Assembly: GCF_964213995.1 (NCBI RefSeq) | Contig: NC_135830.1 | Span: forward strand, 15,748,001 to 15,812,000 | Length of the DNA: 64,000 nucleotides | From: Mustelus asterias | Taxonomy: Eukaryota | Direction of reading: 5' to 3' | Part shown: piece by piece, positions 60,600-64,000 of the stretch | Numbering within the stretch: the stretch's first letter is position 1 | Layout of the letters: each line of letters opens with the position of its first letter | Made by a program: the position numbers and the translations under genes | Notes under the pieces: model-generated | Seen by the model: only the letters and a program-made list of their open reading frames with translations | What the model was told of the DNA's origin: nothing | Database searches by the model: none

Positions 60600-63439
60600 A
60601 TAATGTCGAATATTTGTAACATCAATCGCAACATTAACCACGCACAAGAATACATTACGTTAAATATAAACATCCTATTTCTGTCAATAATAGTGTGTTT
60701 CCACAGCTGCTCGTTTCATTTGTTTTAATATAACAAAGAACTGAACACTGTTGTGAGTCTGAAACTCGTCCCAACATTAAACCCAAGCAACCTCTCACTA
60801 CTCTCTGGTGGCCGCAGCATTTACAAAAAAAAAACAGATTTGTTCACCTCCCGGAATCAAGATTGCTTTCAACACTTACTGATTCTCCACCGTACAACAG
60901 TTTACATTGTTTTCTCTTTGTATTTTAGACGGCACCTTGGGGTGATGGTTCTGTTTTTCATAAGTAAAACGCTGCCACAATTACTAATTGTTTGTCCACC
61001 TGTCCCAGTACCACATCTTCCCCTTGGGCCATCATCGGCTTCATCATTTAGGGCTACCTGTCTTCCACTGAATTACTGACCTGCCCCTTTTTCATTCTGC
61101 CCTCTCGTCTTTAGCTGCCACTCCAAATGCTTAAAACCTGTTGCATCAACAACATTTTCCCCAGTTCTGATAAGCATAATCGTTTAAAATGTTCGCTCTA
61201 TTTCTGTCTTCAAAGCTGCAGCCAGTCCATTTGAACAATTCCAGAATTGTGCTTTGACGTTTTAGACACTATTTAGCCTCTCCTGCTGTATTCCGGTTCA
61301 TGTGACCACTGGGAATGAGGGAGGTCATGCGACAAATTTTGTATGAATAATCCGGAAATGTAGTAACTTCCTTTCCCAACGTTCCTCCAGACACCTCCTT
61401 AAACTATCTCAATGTCTACTCCTCTTCCATTCCAACAGGAAACTTATTTCACACATTTCACACTTTCCAGGATATATAAGATGGATGTCTCGATATTATC
61501 CGATAATTATTTTTCATACTTTAAACCCATCTCTCGGTGTAAGTCTCAACAATTCAATTTGGATTAAAATTGCAGGATATGATTTAAGACTGCAGCATCT
61601 GATATTGTTGTAGGCGCCATTCGGTGAGTTGGATCGGGTTGTGATTGAAGGAAATGTGTAATTTCTGTAGCGGGTCACAGTGGCTGGAATTTGTCTTGTT
61701 GAGGAATTTATTTCACAGAAAGAATGAAGGGATCACAGAGCTAGAAAGTGAGAGAAGTGTAATAATTTATCACAGACTGACACTGTGTTGGACAAGAGCG
61801 CTAGTTATCGAGTCTCACACAGTTTCCCTTTGACCCGCCTGCCCTGATCTCTGCTCGTGGAGACCTTGTTGTTCCGCTTCCATCATTGCCAACGGTTGGG
61901 TCAGCAGTGCTGTGGGTGGGGATCTGTATTTGCTGTGACAGAGGAGTTCATGGTCTGCAGTTACAGACAAGGGCGGAGACATTTGTGACCACTTCTTGCT
62001 TTTCCTATGACATCTCAGTGAGTACTTTCTCCCGGCTAAAAATCTATTCTCCCCCTTGGTTGCACTAAGCGGCACACTATTGTTTGTAGAATGGAAATAA
62101 TGACGGTATTTGCGGGGTAAAGATGTTGCTAATATTTCCAGTAAGTAGTCTCACAACATCAGGGTAAAGTCCAGATATATCCCAGTACAACGCCGGCAAC
62201 TCCACATCATGGCTAATATTTCCAACGTGTTTTGAATCTGAGTTTTAAACTCCCGCTTGTTTTATCTTTCACCATGGTGACATGTCCTTTAGATCTAATT
62301 CGTGGAGGTTGCCACCAGCTGCTACCCTCAGCAGTTAAGACGGAAGGAGACGCGGTTACTTTAAAATGAATCTCTAACAATACAAGGAGCGACTGTTAAG
62401 CATTAGACTGCTATTGGCAAGACTCTGAAATACAGCCAGAGTTTATTCTGATAAAACACCCGAGCGGTTCAGCATTCAAGCCAAAGACCATTTTTGGAAC
62501 AACTCAACATCTTGACAAGAAATTTCACTTGAACAATCTCTGAGCTGTTACTGCTCCGTGAGACTTATAGTGATAAAAACAGTTAAATCTCGGAAAGAAA
62601 ATCTCGCCTCTTTGTGCAATAGAAACTCTTGCAGCTGACGTCTGTTGTAGAACAGATCAATTGTGAATAACATTGATTCGTACAATCTGTTATTTGTTTG
62701 TGTTAGTTCACGATTTTAGCTTCCTTTGTCTTTGCTTGGTGAAAATTAGCCCGAGTCATCCACCTATTCTGAATTAGTTTCAGAAACTTTACAAGCATTC
62801 GCCACCAGGCGGCAGGAGGAGATTTGTTCAGTTGTTGGTTTGATGCTCGGGATTGGTTACAGATTGAGTGTTTTTAAAACATTTAATAAAAGTGAACGTT
62901 GCTATCAAGACCAGTATTTATTACCTACCACTAATTGTCCATGGAAAGATCTTGGTGAGCTGCCTTTCGCATTCCACGTAATGTGGCGACACTCGCAGTA
63001 CTGTCAGGGAGGGGTTTCCATGATTTTGAGCTTCAGTGAAATGAACACAATATGTTAGGATATCGCATTGCTTGAAGGGGAACATATCGGTGCTGATGTT
63101 CCCATGCATCATCTGGTGGAAGTGATTGCGGGTTTGGGAGGTGCTGTCAATAAAGGTTCAACCTGTTTATTTAATGATATTAAATTCGGAAATCGGTGAC
63201 GATGGACGCCTGTGTTTCTGACGGTTAAGCAATAAATTACAGGGAAAACGTTATTTTTATTGTATGTGTGTTGCGAATATTTCTGATGATCAACTAATCC
63301 AAGATCACTGAGTCAATGCGTGTCTCCTCACTCCCATTCAGCTCAAATCCATTAAACAGTCGCCTCCACATACAACCCCCTGCTATATAATTCATTAAAA
63401 ACATTTGGTGCTTCTATTCCATTCATTGATGTAAGTTTT

Positions 63440-63695
63440 TTTAAAAGTCACAAGTAAGGCTTATGAAGTAACTGCGAAATTACCCTAATCGCCGCAGTCC
63501 GGTGCCTGTTCGGGTCAATGCCGCTAACAGCACGTCTTTCAGAATGTGGGAGGAAAAGGGAGCACTGGAGAAAATCCACCCAGACACATGGAGAATGTGC
63601 AAACTCCACACACTCAGTGACCGCAGCTGAGAATCGATCTCGGTTCCGGCTGCTGTGTAGCAGCGCTGCTAATCACTGTGCTACCGTGCCGCCCG
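63440..63695 (-). mobile_element. Degenerate type-B HE1-like SINE
   Basis: Reverse head, V-domain and tail gtcacaagta..tgaagtaactg. Confidence 0.7.
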
Positions 63696-64000
63696 GAACC
63701 GAAAGCGGAATGTAATGTAGTCAGAGAGCAGCTCCTCCAATTGGGGAATCCGGCTTTTGGACCAGAACAACCTTCACTGTTTTCTTTCTCTGTCTCCCCC
63801 TGACAGATTGAACCTGTGAAAGGACCGATCTTGGAGTATTTCCTCAGAAAATACTCAGCTTAGATTTGAACAGAAACCCTTTGTTCTTTTCGCCCCATTC
63901 CGATGGTAGGAATTAAATATCCAAGGAATTTGATATATTTGATTGAAGAGAAGACGCTTTAAGATGATTGAATGTCAACTGATGACTCAGCCGGCAATGA

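Overview
Eukaryotic genomic DNA, most likely from a shark; this is inferred from HE1-type V-SINEs, CR1 LINEs and Penelope elements. The window is a TE-dense cluster of about 12 KRAB-less, single-coding-exon C2H2 zinc-finger paralogues. About 5 have open ORFs and the rest are decayed. They are driven by CpG-island, often bidirectional, promoters. A complete 5-exon EMC4 gene copy lies in the cluster on the minus strand (25938 to 20379) and is missed by the ORF track; all splice sites are canonical but codon 16 is a stop in place of Trp. Other notable items: a 28-copy 56-bp tandem array in which every unit reads as a V(D)J-type 12-RSS (CACAGTG, 12 nt, GCAGAAATC) plus a hairpin; convergent CTCF-like sites from an inverted duplication enclosing that array; Penelope elements with minimal hammerhead ribozymes; a GalEa-like Copia relic split at its protease active site; a solo LTR with a 5-bp TSD; and many nested insertions. 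All calls were made by eye, and boundaries of degenerate repeats are approximate.
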